Program-made: the position numbers and the translations under genes
Shown: piece after piece, positions 1 through 10,484 of the stretch
Layout of the letters: every line of letters starts with the position of its first letter
How positions within the stretch are numbered: position 1 is the first letter of the stretch
Notes under the pieces: generated by a model
The model's database searches: none
Told to the model about the DNA's origin: nothing
What the model saw: the letters and a program-made list of their open reading frames with translations, nothing else
Source: Mycoplasmatota bacterium
Lineage (GTDB): Bacteria > Bacillota_I > Bacilli_A > MAG-NZ
NCBI GenBank assembly: GCA_018394315.1
Contig: CP074575.1
Coordinates: forward strand, 992,001 to 1,056,000
Length of the DNA: 64,000 bases
Reading direction: 5' to 3'

Positions 1-1
1 T

Positions 2-226
2 CCCAAAATGGCAAACGAAACTTGCAGTGATATTAGAAACATAGTTGAAAAACTGTTCTCTAAAGAAGTAGCTGATAAAGTTCGTATTCAGTACGGAGGA
101 AGTGTAAACACAGGTAATATTAAAGAACTTATGAGTATGGAGCATATCGATGGAGCACTTGTTGGTGGAGCTTCATTAGATGAATTATCTTTCATAGAAT
201 TAGTAAATGTCGCAAAAGAAGCTTAA
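2..226 (+). CDS. tpiA: Triosephosphate isomerase, C-terminal part (5' end outside window)
   Basis: RIQYGGSV and [11 protein letters not shown] motifs. Confidence 0.97.
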   Translation, partial: PKMANETCSDIRNIVEKLFSKEVADKVRIQYGGSVNTGNIKELMSMEHIDGALVGGASLDELSFIELVNVAKEA

Positions 227-240
227 GCTTCTTTTTTTTA
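215..240 (+). terminator. Rho-independent terminator after tpiA
   Basis: AAAGAAGC-TTAA-GCTTCTTT stem followed by T run. Confidence 0.8.
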
Positions 241-283
241 TATTGATACTTATGGTATACTTTGTGATATAGGGGGAATGTAA

Positions 284-1582
284 GTGTTTACTTCAAGTGA
301 AAAGAGAAAAGCAATTTTATCTATAGTTTTTATGTATTCCTTTATCTTATTATTTCCTGCATTTGGACCGGTTTTAAATAAATTATTCAGTACTAATCAA
401 AGTGGAATTTATAGTTCAATTTTTTTACTCTTTTTATCAATTGGGTTTTTAATACCATTTGGCAAAATAGATAAAAAGATGATTCATATATATAAATTAA
501 TAATTATCTTATTGACAGTTTTAATTTTTAATTCTAGTAACTTTGTGATTATATCATTTATATTTCTAGGTCTAATTATCGCAAGATGTATAGTAGGTTG
601 GATATATACTTATTATTACTTATATCTAGACAAAAACATAAGTCGTTTTTTTGGTTGGATTTTATTTTTAACTTATGGAATACTTTATATTGGAAATGCT
701 ATTACTCCATCATTACAAAAGAATTTATTGTTTATTTTGATGCTTTTATTTCCAGTAATATCGTTTATCTTTAGTTTAAATAAAAGTGGTTTACTATATA
801 GTGTAGATTCGGTTTATAAGAATAATAACAAAAGTTCATACAAAAAAATTATAATAATAATATTAATAGTCTATATAGCTGCAGGGACTACTTACAATGG
901 AATTTACCCAAGGCTAATGATTTATAGTTTATATGAAAGATATTATAATGTGTTGCCTTTTTTACCAGCTGTATTAATAGCCGCATATTTAAATAAAAAG
1001 AGTTCATTTATTTTAATCTATCTTGGGATTATTTTCTTAGGATTTTCATTTATTAGTTTGTTTATTCCTATTGGAGTAGGACAGTATATTCTAGTACAGA
1101 GTAATCTACAGATAGCGTGGGCATTGCTTGATTTTTATGCTTGGTATGCAGGCGCTAAATATGCTATGCACCACAATAATCCTAGACTTCAAGTTATCTT
1201 TATTGCTTCATTTTTGTTAGGCACCTCTCTTGGAAGTTTTGTGAATCAGTATCTAAATTTTAATATACTTGATGATTTTGGGTTTTATCATGCAGTAATT
1301 ACTTTACTTCCCTTATTCGTAGGATTGCTGATCGCATCAACTTTTAATTTAGGAGATGACGAAGAAAGAGTTAATCAAAGTATTAAAGCATATCAATTTA
1401 TAAAAAACGATAACCTTACAAAACGAGAAAAGGAAATTACTAGATTATTACTTCAAGATAAAACTTATTCTGATATTTGTACTGAGTTGAGTATTTCCAT
1501 TAATACTCTTAAAACGCACAGTAAAAGTATTTATAGAAAATTAGGAGTATCGAATAAATCAGAACTTAGTGAGTATTTATAA
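284..1582 (+). CDS. Multi-pass (about 12 TM) membrane protein with C-terminal LuxR-type HTH
   Basis: About 350 aa of hydrophobic helices, then LTKREKEITRLLLQDKTYSDICTELSISINTLKTHSKSIYRKLGV. Confidence 0.85.
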   Translation: MFTSSEKRKAILSIVFMYSFILLFPAFGPVLNKLFSTNQSGIYSSIFLLFLSIGFLIPFGKIDKKMIHIYKLIIILLTVLIFNSSNFVIISFIFLGLIIARCIVGWIYTYYYLYLDKNISRFFGWILFLTYGILYIGNAITPSLQKNLLFILMLLFPVISFIFSLNKSGLLYSVDSVYKNNNKSSYKKIIIIILIVYIAAGTTYNGIYPRLMIYSLYERYYNVLPFLPAVLIAAYLNKKSSFILIYLGIIFLGFSFISLFIPIGVGQYILVQSNLQIAWALLDFYAWYAGAKYAMHHNNPRLQVIFIASFLLGTSLGSFVNQYLNFNILDDFGFYHAVITLLPLFVGLLIASTFNLGDDEERVNQSIKAYQFIKNDNLTKREKEITRLLLQDKTYSDICTELSISINTLKTHSKSIYRKLGVSNKSELSEYL

Positions 1583-1654
1583 AATAACCCCATAAGGGTT
1601 ATTTTATTTTAATGGATATTATAATATATTTTTTAAAAAGGAAAGGAGATAAAT

Positions 1655-2191
1655 ATGACATCGAGTGTGAATTTAGTCTTAGCGACTGATAAAAAGGAGG
1701 GATTCTTCAAGTCAGTTCCATGTTATTTAGTTTTCACAAATGATGAGGTAGTATTTGCGTTTTTAAGTAAAGAAAGACAGAAAACCGAAAATGAAGAGGT
1801 TAGAAGAAGGCTTAAAGAAGAGGGTAAGGGATTCTTTAAAGGTACTGCTGCTTTAATGAGTTTTTGGAATACATATGGAGATAGATATTATGATATTTCA
1901 AAAGAAGATATATTAAAAGAGGATGGAAGAAATTTTTCAACTACTCATGATAAAATTGAAAGATTTGTATTTAGGGGAATGAGGAGCAATGTTGATGAAT
2001 CTCAAACTGAAAGTTCGGGGAAAATTGTAATTCTTATGAATGGTGAAAAAATCAAACTAAAGCATAAATACAGAGATCACAATAAAAAGATTAAGGGTAT
2101 CCTAAAGGGGTTATACTCTAATAGACTTAAATATTCAGGGCAACAAGGGTTAACACTTACTTTAGGCAAGAATAAAGATAAGATTACATGA
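1655..2191 (+). CDS. Hypothetical protein (possible PH-like fold)
   Basis: 178-aa ORF with strong AAGGAG RBS. Confidence 0.7.
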   Translation: MTSSVNLVLATDKKEGFFKSVPCYLVFTNDEVVFAFLSKERQKTENEEVRRRLKEEGKGFFKGTAALMSFWNTYGDRYYDISKEDILKEDGRNFSTTHDKIERFVFRGMRSNVDESQTESSGKIVILMNGEKIKLKHKYRDHNKKIKGILKGLYSNRLKYSGQQGLTLTLGKNKDKIT

Positions 2192-2976
2192 TAGAAGTTT
2201 TGCGTAATTTCTTTAAACATACAAATGACTTACCAATTAATCCAAGTTGGGGAATAAAGCCTTTTGGGATATTGCAACTATCTACCGCAATTTTTTGTAT
2301 TATTATAATAGTATCAACTCTATTACTTATTAAGAAAAATAAGGGTAAAGTAAGTTATTACTTAAAGATTTTAAGTGCTATATTGTTATCTTTAGAGCTA
2401 TCAAGGATGATTTGGTTAATCTTAGTTAACCGAGTTGACCTAGCTACTAACTTACCACTTCATTTCTGTTACTTTTCATCACTAATAATATGTTTATCTG
2501 TATTCTTCGATATAAAATTTCTTAAATCATTTTCTTTTCTATATATAATGCCGATGGGATTTGCATCTTTATTTATGTATGATCCTAAAAGTTATCATAT
2601 ATTCAGTTTTGCATATATAGAAATATATATATATCATTCTTTATTAGTAATTATTCCATCAATTGGGATAGTAACAGGTTTACATAAGATAGAAAAAAGA
2701 CATTTTGTTTATTCAGTTTTGTTGTTTGCATTTATTGTTTTAATAGTTTATAAGCTAAATCTTATTATTGGTAATGGTGCTGACTATATGTATTTAATAA
2801 CTGTACTAAATCCCAAACTAGCAACTTATCAAATGCCATTTTATCCATTCTTTAAAGTATTGATGGATAAATTTAGTTATTTTGGTTCACATTTATCAAG
2901 TACGGTAGCATTTATTGTTTTTCCAACCTTAGGATTACTTATTTCAAATATATTTAAAAGGAGAGAAATAAATTGA
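2188..2976 (+). CDS. YwaF-like integral membrane protein
   Basis: LPLHFC motif, GADYMYL motif, several TM segments; ATGA overlap with the upstream gene. Confidence 0.75.
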   Translation: MIEVLRNFFKHTNDLPINPSWGIKPFGILQLSTAIFCIIIIVSTLLLIKKNKGKVSYYLKILSAILLSLELSRMIWLILVNRVDLATNLPLHFCYFSSLIICLSVFFDIKFLKSFSFLYIMPMGFASLFMYDPKSYHIFSFAYIEIYIYHSLLVIIPSIGIVTGLHKIEKRHFVYSVLLFAFIVLIVYKLNLIIGNGADYMYLITVLNPKLATYQMPFYPFFKVLMDKFSYFGSHLSSTVAFIVFPTLGLLISNIFKRREIN

Positions 2977-3668
2977 AATTATTACAAAAGTTATTTTTGT
3001 TTGTTTTTGTAGCCGCTGTGGCTATAGTGTTATACTTATATTCAAGTGCGTTTTGGTTCGGTCCTAAAGATTTAGGAGTGAAATATACTGAGGATGATTT
3101 ATCTCGTATCTCTTTGGCCATTGGTGGAGATAGAATTTATCCAGATGACATGAGTGAGGATGACGATATTTTCGAAGATTATTACCTTAACTATTCTGAT
3201 CCAAAAGCATACAATCTAGAAATAACTGGGCCTGAATTGGGTGCTATTATAGAGGAAATATTACCACCAGCGTTTCCGATAAAAGATTTACAAATGAAGA
3301 TCAATGATGATGACTCGGTTGAAGTAAGTTGTCGAGCTAATATTGGGGTATTAGTAGAACATTTCTTTAGTGATGTAGCAGATGATATTCCTATTAAATT
3401 ACCAGAAAAAGCGAATATCTATCTTAAAGGTAAGCTTGAGACTACTAATGGTGTATCTGAAGTTAATATTGATGAAGCTAAAATTGGTTCAATAAGTATT
3501 CCTAGTAAATATTTAACACCAGAAAAACAAGTATCAATCGCTAGGTACGCAGACAGGTTCCAAACAGCAGTTCCAGGTGTTGTTATTAGGAAACTAAGAT
3601 TCGATAACAATAAAATTATTTTTGATGGAGATTTTCCTGATAGTTACTACATAACATCTAAGGGTTAG
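2973..3668 (+). CDS. Hypothetical protein with N-terminal membrane anchor
   Basis: TTG start with AAGGAG RBS, N-terminal hydrophobic helix, followed by a terminator. Confidence 0.7.
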   Translation: MKLLQKLFLFVFVAAVAIVLYLYSSAFWFGPKDLGVKYTEDDLSRISLAIGGDRIYPDDMSEDDDIFEDYYLNYSDPKAYNLEITGPELGAIIEEILPPAFPIKDLQMKINDDDSVEVSCRANIGVLVEHFFSDVADDIPIKLPEKANIYLKGKLETTNGVSEVNIDEAKIGSISIPSKYLTPEKQVSIARYADRFQTAVPGVVIRKLRFDNNKIIFDGDFPDSYYITSKG

Positions 3669-3694
3669 AAAGAAGCAATAGCTTCTTTTTTTTA
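3669..3694 (+). terminator. Rho-independent terminator
   Basis: AAAGAAGC-AATA-GCTTCTTT plus T run. Confidence 0.8.
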
Positions 3695-3736
3695 GTCATA
3701 TATTTTGTTATAATCATATTACTTAGGAGTGATTTG

Positions 3737-4228
3737 ATGGAATTCATTAAATTTGGAAAGTTAGTTAACACACACGGTTTAAGAGGAGAAGTTAAAATTA
3801 ATTCTAAATCGGATTTTAAAAGTGAGCGATTTAAAAAAGGAAATAAGCTTTACATTGACAAATCAATTGAAGTTACAGTGAAGTCTCATCGAACACATAA
3901 GAATCTTGATTTAGTTATGTTTGAGGAATATAGTAATATCAACGATGTTGAAAAATATAAGGGATTAGATGTTTTTGTTAAAAAAGATAATATAAAAAAA
4001 TTAGACGAAGACGAATATTATTTCTTTGAATTAGAAGGCCTAGATGTTTTTGAGAATAATCAATACTTAGGCAAAGTTAAGGAAATAAGAGAAAATCCTG
4101 CAAATCCGATTTTAATACTATCTACGGAGAGTAAAGATGTTATGATACCATTTGTAGCTGAGTTTATTATAAAGGTTGATATTGATAATTCAAGAGTAGA
4201 CATTTCAACCATAGAGGGAATGTTATGA
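3737..4228 (+). CDS. rimM: 16S rRNA processing protein RimM
   Basis: [14 protein letters not shown] and MIPFV motifs; lies upstream of trmD. Confidence 0.96.
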   Translation: MEFIKFGKLVNTHGLRGEVKINSKSDFKSERFKKGNKLYIDKSIEVTVKSHRTHKNLDLVMFEEYSNINDVEKYKGLDVFVKKDNIKKLDEDEYYFFELEGLDVFENNQYLGKVKEIRENPANPILILSTESKDVMIPFVAEFIIKVDIDNSRVDISTIEGML

Positions 4229-4968
4229 GAATAGATATCTTAACTATTTTTCCCAATATGTTTACAGGGGTTTTAAATGAATCGATTATTAAAAGAGCTA
4301 TTCAAAATAATCATTTAGAAATTAATATTATTGACTTTAGAACTTATTCTAAGAATAAACATTTTAAGGTAGATGATTACCCATATGGTGGTGGACAAGG
4401 GATGGTCTTAACACCAGAACCAATTTATAGTGCTGTAAGAGATATAGAAGGCTGGGAAAAAGCTACTAAAGTAATGATGAGTCCTCAGGGAAATAAATAT
4501 AGTCAAAGTGATGCAAAAAGATATAGTCATAAAGAGCATTTAGTTTTTCTTTGCGGCCATTATGAGGGATTTGATGAAAGAATTAGAGATCTTGTTGATG
4601 AAGAGATGAGTATTGGGGATTACGTTTTAACTGGTGGGGAATTAGCTAGTATGGTTATTGTTGATAGCGTTGTGAGATTACTAGATGGTGTTTTAGGTAA
4701 TGAATTATCACATGAAGAAGATTCTTTTAGTGATGGACTTTTGGAAGGGCCTCAATATACAAGACCAGTTGTATTTGAAGGAATGGAGGTACCTAAAGTA
4801 TTATTAAGTGGTCATCACAAGAACATAAATCTATTTAGAAAAAAAGAATCTCTTAAGAGAACATACTTAAGAAGACCAGATTTACTAACTGGATTGAATG
4901 ATGAAGAAAACATATTGTTAGAGGAAATCAAACTTGAAATAAAATATGATAAAAATCTTGATAAATAG
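4225..4968 (+). CDS. trmD: tRNA (guanine-N1)-methyltransferase
   Basis: [33 protein letters not shown]. Confidence 0.98.
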   Translation: MRIDILTIFPNMFTGVLNESIIKRAIQNNHLEINIIDFRTYSKNKHFKVDDYPYGGGQGMVLTPEPIYSAVRDIEGWEKATKVMMSPQGNKYSQSDAKRYSHKEHLVFLCGHYEGFDERIRDLVDEEMSIGDYVLTGGELASMVIVDSVVRLLDGVLGNELSHEEDSFSDGLLEGPQYTRPVVFEGMEVPKVLLSGHHKNINLFRKKESLKRTYLRRPDLLTGLNDEENILLEEIKLEIKYDKNLDK

Positions 4969-5003
4969 TATATATTATGATATTATTTTTAGGCAGTAAA
5001 AAG

Positions 5004-5034
5004 AGTGTTCCGATGGCTTTTGACTATGAGCACC
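5004..5034 (+). ncRNA. L19 ribosomal protein leader
   Basis: GTGTTCCG...GAGCAC hairpin just upstream of the rplS RBS, like Firmicutes L19 leaders. Confidence 0.65.
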
Positions 5035-5055
5035 AATTATAAGGAGCGTGGGATT

Positions 5056-5403
5056 ATGAGTCAACAACTAATTAATGAGATAACAAATGAGTACATGAAA
5101 ACTGATGTGCCAGAGTTTAGACCTGGAGATACTGTTAAAGTTAGTGTTAAAATTAAAGAAGCTAATAGAGAACGTATTCAGATATTTGAAGGTTTAGTTA
5201 TTAAGCGTCAAAATGGTGGAATTAGTGAAACTTTCACTGTAAGAAAAATATCTTACGGTGTTGGTGTAGAGAGAACTTTCCCTATTCATACACCTTCAAT
5301 TGATAGTATCCAAGTTATGCGTCGTGGTAAAGTGCGAAGAGCTAAATTACATTACATTCGTAAATTATCTGCTAAAGCGGCTCGTATTAAAGAACGTAGA
5401 TAA
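5056..5403 (+). CDS. rplS: 50S ribosomal protein L19
   Basis: [37 protein letters not shown] before ATG 5056. Confidence 0.98.
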   Translation: MSQQLINEITNEYMKTDVPEFRPGDTVKVSVKIKEANRERIQIFEGLVIKRQNGGISETFTVRKISYGVGVERTFPIHTPSIDSIQVMRRGKVRRAKLHYIRKLSAKAARIKERR

Positions 5404-5856
5404 AAAAGGCACAATTGTGCTTTTTTTTTATAGTAATAACTATAGTCTATATAATAATTATTTATGGGGTTTAATATGTTTTGCCAGAAAATAGATAGAA
5501 AAAGTTTTGAGAATTTATTTGAATTAAATCAAATTTGTAGATTATGTTTTACTATTGATTTTTTTTATATCGGTTTCATTAGAGTATATTTTATTTATGC
5601 TGAAAATGATCTAGACGTTTTATGTTTAATTTCGACAATTCTTCATTATGATGATGTCGATATGAATATATTATTTACATTTAGTGATGATTTCCTTGAT
5701 AATCGACATGCTCTCTCATATTATGATTTCGACATTGATAAACTCTTTATTATCGGCGATTTTTACCTTGATTGTCGGAATATGTCTTTGAAATATTATT
5801 GAATCTTTTGGGTGAATATTTTAAAGTGTTTATAGAGAATTATTAGGAGGTAAAAA

Positions 5857-6057
5857 ATGAAAGGTACAGTAAAGTGGTTTAATAATGAGAAAGGTTATGG
5901 ATTTATTGTAAAAGACACATATGATGACATTTTTGTACATTACTCTGCTATAAACACTAATGGTTATCGTACACTTATAGAAGGTGAGATTGTCGATTTT
6001 GAATTGGTTGAAAGTGAAAAAGGGTTACAGGCAAGTAATGTTGAAAAAATAGCCTGA
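5857..6057 (+). CDS. Cold-shock protein
   Basis: KGTVKWFNNEKGYGFI and DIFVHYSAI (RNP1/RNP2). Confidence 0.96.
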   Translation: MKGTVKWFNNEKGYGFIVKDTYDDIFVHYSAINTNGYRTLIEGEIVDFELVESEKGLQASNVEKIA

Positions 6058-6070
6058 TATATATTGTATT

Positions 6071-6151
6071 GTGGTTTACTAATATTGAAAGCCGTAGGTG
6101 GTTTACTAATATTGAAAGCCGTAGGTGGTTTACTTATATTGAAAACCGTAG
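6071..6151. repeat. Three tandem 27-bp repeats overlapping the hpf promoter
   Basis: GTGGTTTACTAATATTGAAAGCCGTAG twice plus a third copy with 2 mismatches; TATAAT follows at 6152. Confidence 0.95.
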
Positions 6152-6181
6152 TATAATTTAATCAAAGATTGGAGTGATAAT

Positions 6182-6724
6182 ATGTTAGTAGAAGTAGTAG
6201 GTAAAAACGGCTTAGAAATTACTCAAGCTATTAATAATTTCGCTACAGAAAAAATGAGTAAATTAGAAAAGTTTTTTAATTATCGCGATGAGTTAAGGGT
6301 AAGGGTCCTATGTAAGGTTTATAACGATCATCATAAAGTTGAGGTTACAATCCCTTCTAAGCATTTTACTCTTAGAACTGAAGTATCAGACAAAGATATT
6401 TATTCAGCTATTGACTTATCTGTTGATAAGTTAGAACGACAAATTAAAAAGTTCAAAACTAAAGTGAATAAGATACTTAAAGATCGTGAAGGTATTTCCG
6501 AGTTCTTCGCAAAAGAACAAGACAGAGATAAAAAAATCGATCCACAAACAGAAATTGTTAGAATTAAATCTTATGACTTAACTCCGATGAATGTTACTGA
6601 AGCAATTGATCAAATGGAAATGGTAGATCATGACTTCTTTATCTTCTTAGATGAGACTACATTAAAGGTTAATGTTCTGTATATTCGTGAAGACGGAAAT
6701 TATGCATTAATAGAAACTAATTAG
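6182..6724 (+). CDS. hpf: Ribosome hibernation promoting factor (long HPF)
   Basis: YSAIDLSVDKLERQIKKFK and C-terminal EAIDQMEMVDHDFFIF; upstream of secA. Confidence 0.95.
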   Translation: MLVEVVGKNGLEITQAINNFATEKMSKLEKFFNYRDELRVRVLCKVYNDHHKVEVTIPSKHFTLRTEVSDKDIYSAIDLSVDKLERQIKKFKTKVNKILKDREGISEFFAKEQDRDKKIDPQTEIVRIKSYDLTPMNVTEAIDQMEMVDHDFFIFLDETTLKVNVLYIREDGNYALIETN

Positions 6725-6883
6725 GTTGTGAATATCACAACCTTTTTTTTGTCTCTACCTTGTAAATATTTGGGTATGGTGGTATCATAAAGGATGAGAA
6801 AATACACAATTTAATATGCTTATCAAAATGAAAATAATGTCCAGAGGGATTTTTATAAATTAAGTTTTCTAGGAGGAAATTCA

Positions 6884-9370
6884 ATGTTAAAGAGATTATT
6901 TGATTCATCAATAAAAGAGTTAAAAAATTCAGAAAAAATTGCAGATAAAGTAATAGCTTTAGAGTCCAAATATAGAAGTTATTCAGACGAGGATTTGAAA
7001 GCAAAAACTATTGAATTTAGAGAGTTATTAGCTAATGGTAAAAGATTAGATGATATCATAGTTGATGCTTTTGCGGTAGTAAGAGAAGCTGCATATAGAG
7101 TAACAGGAGAATTGGCTTATAAAGTACAGATAATGGGTGCTTGTGTTTTACAGGGCGGTAATATTGCGGAAATGAGAACTGGTGAGGGTAAAACATTAAC
7201 GGGTGTTCTTACAGCTTATTTAAATGCTTTGCCAGGTAAAGGTGTTCATATTATAACTGTAAATGAGTATTTGGCTGCGCGTGAGACAGAAGGTTCATAT
7301 GGAGAAGTTTATAAATTCTTAGGCTTGACTTTAGGTTTAAATATCAGAGCTTTAACAAAGGCAGAAAAACGAGAAGCATATGCATGTGATATTATGTATT
7401 CTACAAATTCTGAAGTTGGATTTGATTATCTAAGAGATCATATGGTTATTTATAAAAAGGATATGGTTCAAAGACCATTAAATTTTGCGATTATTGACGA
7501 GGTCGACTCTATCTTAGTGGATGAGGCAAGAACTCCTTTAATTATATCTGGTGGTCAAAAGAAAACTCAGAGTATGTATAAACAAGCTGATATGGCAGTT
7601 AAGACTTTAAGGGATGATACGGATTATGAAATTGATGTAAAAGCTAAAGGTATTCAATTGACTGATTCGGGAATGAGTAAGATTGAAAAATTCTTTGGAA
7701 TTGATAACTTATATGATTTAAAATTTGTTAGTTTATTACATAGAGTAAACAATGCATTACGTGCTAACTATATAATGGCAAAAGATGTTGATTATGTTGT
7801 ACAAGAAAGCCAAGTAATAATAGTAGATCAATTTACTGGACGTTTAATGCAAGGTAGACAATTCAGTGAAGGGTTACATCAAGCATTAGAAGCTAAAGAG
7901 AACGTTGAAGTTAAAAAAGAAACAACTACTATGGCGACCATTACTTATCAAAATTTCTTTAGAATGTATAAAAAGTTATCAGGAATGACAGGTACGGCAA
8001 AAACAGAGGAAGAAGAATTTAGGAACATTTATAATATGTATGTTGTGGAAGTTCCAACTAATAAACCTATCATTAGAAAAGATATGCCTGACTTGTTATT
8101 TGCAACAATGGAAGCAAAATATAAGGCTATTGCGAAAGAAATTAAAGAACGCCACGTAAAAGGGCAACCAATTCTAGTTGGTACTATCTCGATAGAAACA
8201 AGTGAGTTATTATCAAGACTATTAAATAAACACGGTGTTAAGCATGATGTGTTGAACGCTAAACAGCATGAACGAGAAGCTGATATCATTCTAAATGCTG
8301 GTCGAAAGGGCTCAGTAACGATCGCAACAAACATGGCAGGTCGTGGGACTGATATCAAATTAGGTGAAGGTGTTATTGAACTTGGTGGATTAGCAGTAAT
8401 CGGAACAGAAAGACATGAGTCTCGCCGTATTGATAATCAGTTAAGAGGTCGTTCGGGTCGACAAGGTGATCCTGGTTACACTAGATTTTATTTGTCTGCG
8501 GATGATGAACTAATGGTTCGATTCGGTGGAGATAGATTTAAAATGTTAGTAGAAAGATTATCTGGTGCTGGCTCTGAAAAGCCTATTGAATCTAAAATGA
8601 TCTCAAAGACAGTTGAGTCCGCTCAAAAGCGTATTGAAGGTAATAACTTTGATCAACGTAAAACAATACTTCAATACGATGAAGTTATTAGAAAACAAAG
8701 AGAAGTAATTTATGGTCAAAGAGAGGAACTATTAATCAGTGAAAATGTTGATGATATAGTATTTGGAATGATAGATAATTGTATAACTGATATTGTTTAT
8801 CAATACCAAGGTGATTCTGAGTTCAATTATGAATCTTTAGTAAAAAAAGTAGATGGCGATTTATTTGTTCCAAACACGTTATCACTTGAAGATATTGATG
8901 AATTGGGGATTGATGAAGTTAAGGATGTATTAACTGATACTGTTAAAGAAATACTAACGAATAAAACAAGTAAATTTTCTAAAGAAGTATATAATGAATT
9001 CTTGAAGGTAGTTACTTTAAGAGTTCTAGATACTTATTGGACTGAGCACATAGATCAAATGAGTGCTTTAAGACAAAGCATTAGACTTCAAGCCTACGCA
9101 CAAGTAAATCCGTTAAGGGAGTATCAAAATATTGGATTCCAAATGTACAATGATTTGATATCTAATATTTCTAGAGATGTGACTAAATTTATTTTAAGAG
9201 CTGAAGTTAGAAGTAATCTAGAAAGAAAACAAGTTGCGAAGCCAACCAGAGAAATTTCTGGAAAAGAGGATCAATCAAAAAGAAAACCAGTTACTAGTAA
9301 AAAAGTAGGAAGAAACGAGCCTTGCCCATGTGGTTCAGGAAGAAAGTATAAACAGTGCTGTGGTAAGTAA
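6884..9370 (+). CDS. secA: Preprotein translocase ATPase SecA
   Basis: MRTGEGKT, DEVDSILVDEARTPLIIS, C-terminal GRNEPCPCGSGRKYKQCCG. Confidence 0.99.
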   Translation: MLKRLFDSSIKELKNSEKIADKVIALESKYRSYSDEDLKAKTIEFRELLANGKRLDDIIVDAFAVVREAAYRVTGELAYKVQIMGACVLQGGNIAEMRTGEGKTLTGVLTAYLNALPGKGVHIITVNEYLAARETEGSYGEVYKFLGLTLGLNIRALTKAEKREAYACDIMYSTNSEVGFDYLRDHMVIYKKDMVQRPLNFAIIDEVDSILVDEARTPLIISGGQKKTQSMYKQADMAVKTLRDDTDYEIDVKAKGIQLTDSGMSKIEKFFGIDNLYDLKFVSLLHRVNNALRANYIMAKDVDYVVQESQVIIVDQFTGRLMQGRQFSEGLHQALEAKENVEVKKETTTMATITYQNFFRMYKKLSGMTGTAKTEEEEFRNIYNMYVVEVPTNKPIIRKDMPDLLFATMEAKYKAIAKEIKERHVKGQPILVGTISIETSELLSRLLNKHGVKHDVLNAKQHEREADIILNAGRKGSVTIATNMAGRGTDIKLGEGVIELGGLAVIGTERHESRRIDNQLRGRSGRQGDPGYTRFYLSADDELMVRFGGDRFKMLVERLSGAGSEKPIESKMISKTVESAQKRIEGNNFDQRKTILQYDEVIRKQREVIYGQREELLISENVDDIVFGMIDNCITDIVYQYQGDSEFNYESLVKKVDGDLFVPNTLSLEDIDELGIDEVKDVLTDTVKEILTNKTSKFSKEVYNEFLKVVTLRVLDTYWTEHIDQMSALRQSIRLQAYAQVNPLREYQNIGFQMYNDLISNISRDVTKFILRAEVRSNLERKQVAKPTREISGKEDQSKRKPVTSKKVGRNEPCPCGSGRKYKQCCGK

Positions 9371-9394
9371 TCTTATATAAGGGAGGGTTTGTTA

Positions 9395-10483
9395 GTGGAG
9401 AAATATGAAATAAATAAATATATAAACATCTTTCAAAATAAGATTAATGCATTTACTGGTATTATAGACTTAGATAAACAAAAGAACATAATAAAAGAAT
9501 TAGAAACTAAGATGAGTGATATTAACTTCTGGAATGATTCAGTTAGTGCTAAAAAAACTGTAAATGAGCTTAATAATGCTAAAGAAAAAATATCTGGGCT
9601 TGAGGAAGTTATAGGTGACTTTAATGAAATATTAGAGTTTATCGAGCTAGATGATGAATCTTTACATAATGATTTAGTCGAAAGTATTTTAAGTTTAGAT
9701 GAATTGATTAATAAACTAGAGATTAGTATTCTTTTATCAGATAAATATGATTCAAATAATGCTATACTAGAGATTCATCCAGGTGCTGGAGGAACAGAGA
9801 GCCAGGACTGGGCTAGAATGCTTTATGATATGTACTTAAAATATACTGATAAGAAGAAATTCAAGGTAGAAGTAATAGATTATATTAACGATGAGAAAGC
9901 TGGCTTGAAAAGTGTTTCATTATTAATTACCGGAAAAGACGCATATGGATATTTGAAATCTGAAGCTGGTGTTCATAGATTAATTAGAATATCACCATTT
10001 GATTCAAACTCTAGAAGACATACATCTTTTGCATCGGTTGATGTAACACCTGAAATTGATGATTCTATTACTATTGATATTAATGAAGATGATTTGAGGA
10101 TAGATACTTTCAGAGCTAGTGGTGCTGGGGGACAGCACATTAATACAACTGATTCAGCTGTAAGGATAAAGCATATCCCTACTGGACTTACAGTAAGTTG
10201 TCAAAGCCAAAGAAGTCAGTTAGCTAATAGAAAGAAAGCTATGGACTTACTTAAGGCTAAGATTTATAAATTAAGAGAAGACGAATTAGAGGAAAACTTA
10301 AAAAATATCAGTGGAGAAAAGATGGAAATAGGTTGGGGGAGCCAAATAAGATCATATGTTCTACATCCTTATAGTTTGGTTAAAGATCATAGAACTAATT
10401 ATGAAGTTGGAAACCCAGATAAAGTACTTAATGGAGAACTTGATGATTTTATTAACGAATATTTAAGAAATAGGGCTAGATAA
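9395..10483 (+). CDS. prfB: Peptide chain release factor 2 (no internal frameshift)
   Basis: SPF and GGQ motifs; GGAGG RBS before GTG 9395. Confidence 0.97.
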   Translation: MEKYEINKYINIFQNKINAFTGIIDLDKQKNIIKELETKMSDINFWNDSVSAKKTVNELNNAKEKISGLEEVIGDFNEILEFIELDDESLHNDLVESILSLDELINKLEISILLSDKYDSNNAILEIHPGAGGTESQDWARMLYDMYLKYTDKKKFKVEVIDYINDEKAGLKSVSLLITGKDAYGYLKSEAGVHRLIRISPFDSNSRRHTSFASVDVTPEIDDSITIDINEDDLRIDTFRASGAGGQHINTTDSAVRIKHIPTGLTVSCQSQRSQLANRKKAMDLLKAKIYKLREDELEENLKNISGEKMEIGWGSQIRSYVLHPYSLVKDHRTNYEVGNPDKVLNGELDDFINEYLRNRAR

Positions 10484-10484
10484 G

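Noticed and set aside
5464..5802. 112-aa ORF as a confident gene
   Set aside because: No RBS and no recognisable motif; more likely regulatory DNA, though not excluded.
6071..6151. CRISPR array
   Set aside because: The 27-bp repeats are directly adjacent with no spacers, and no cas genes are present.
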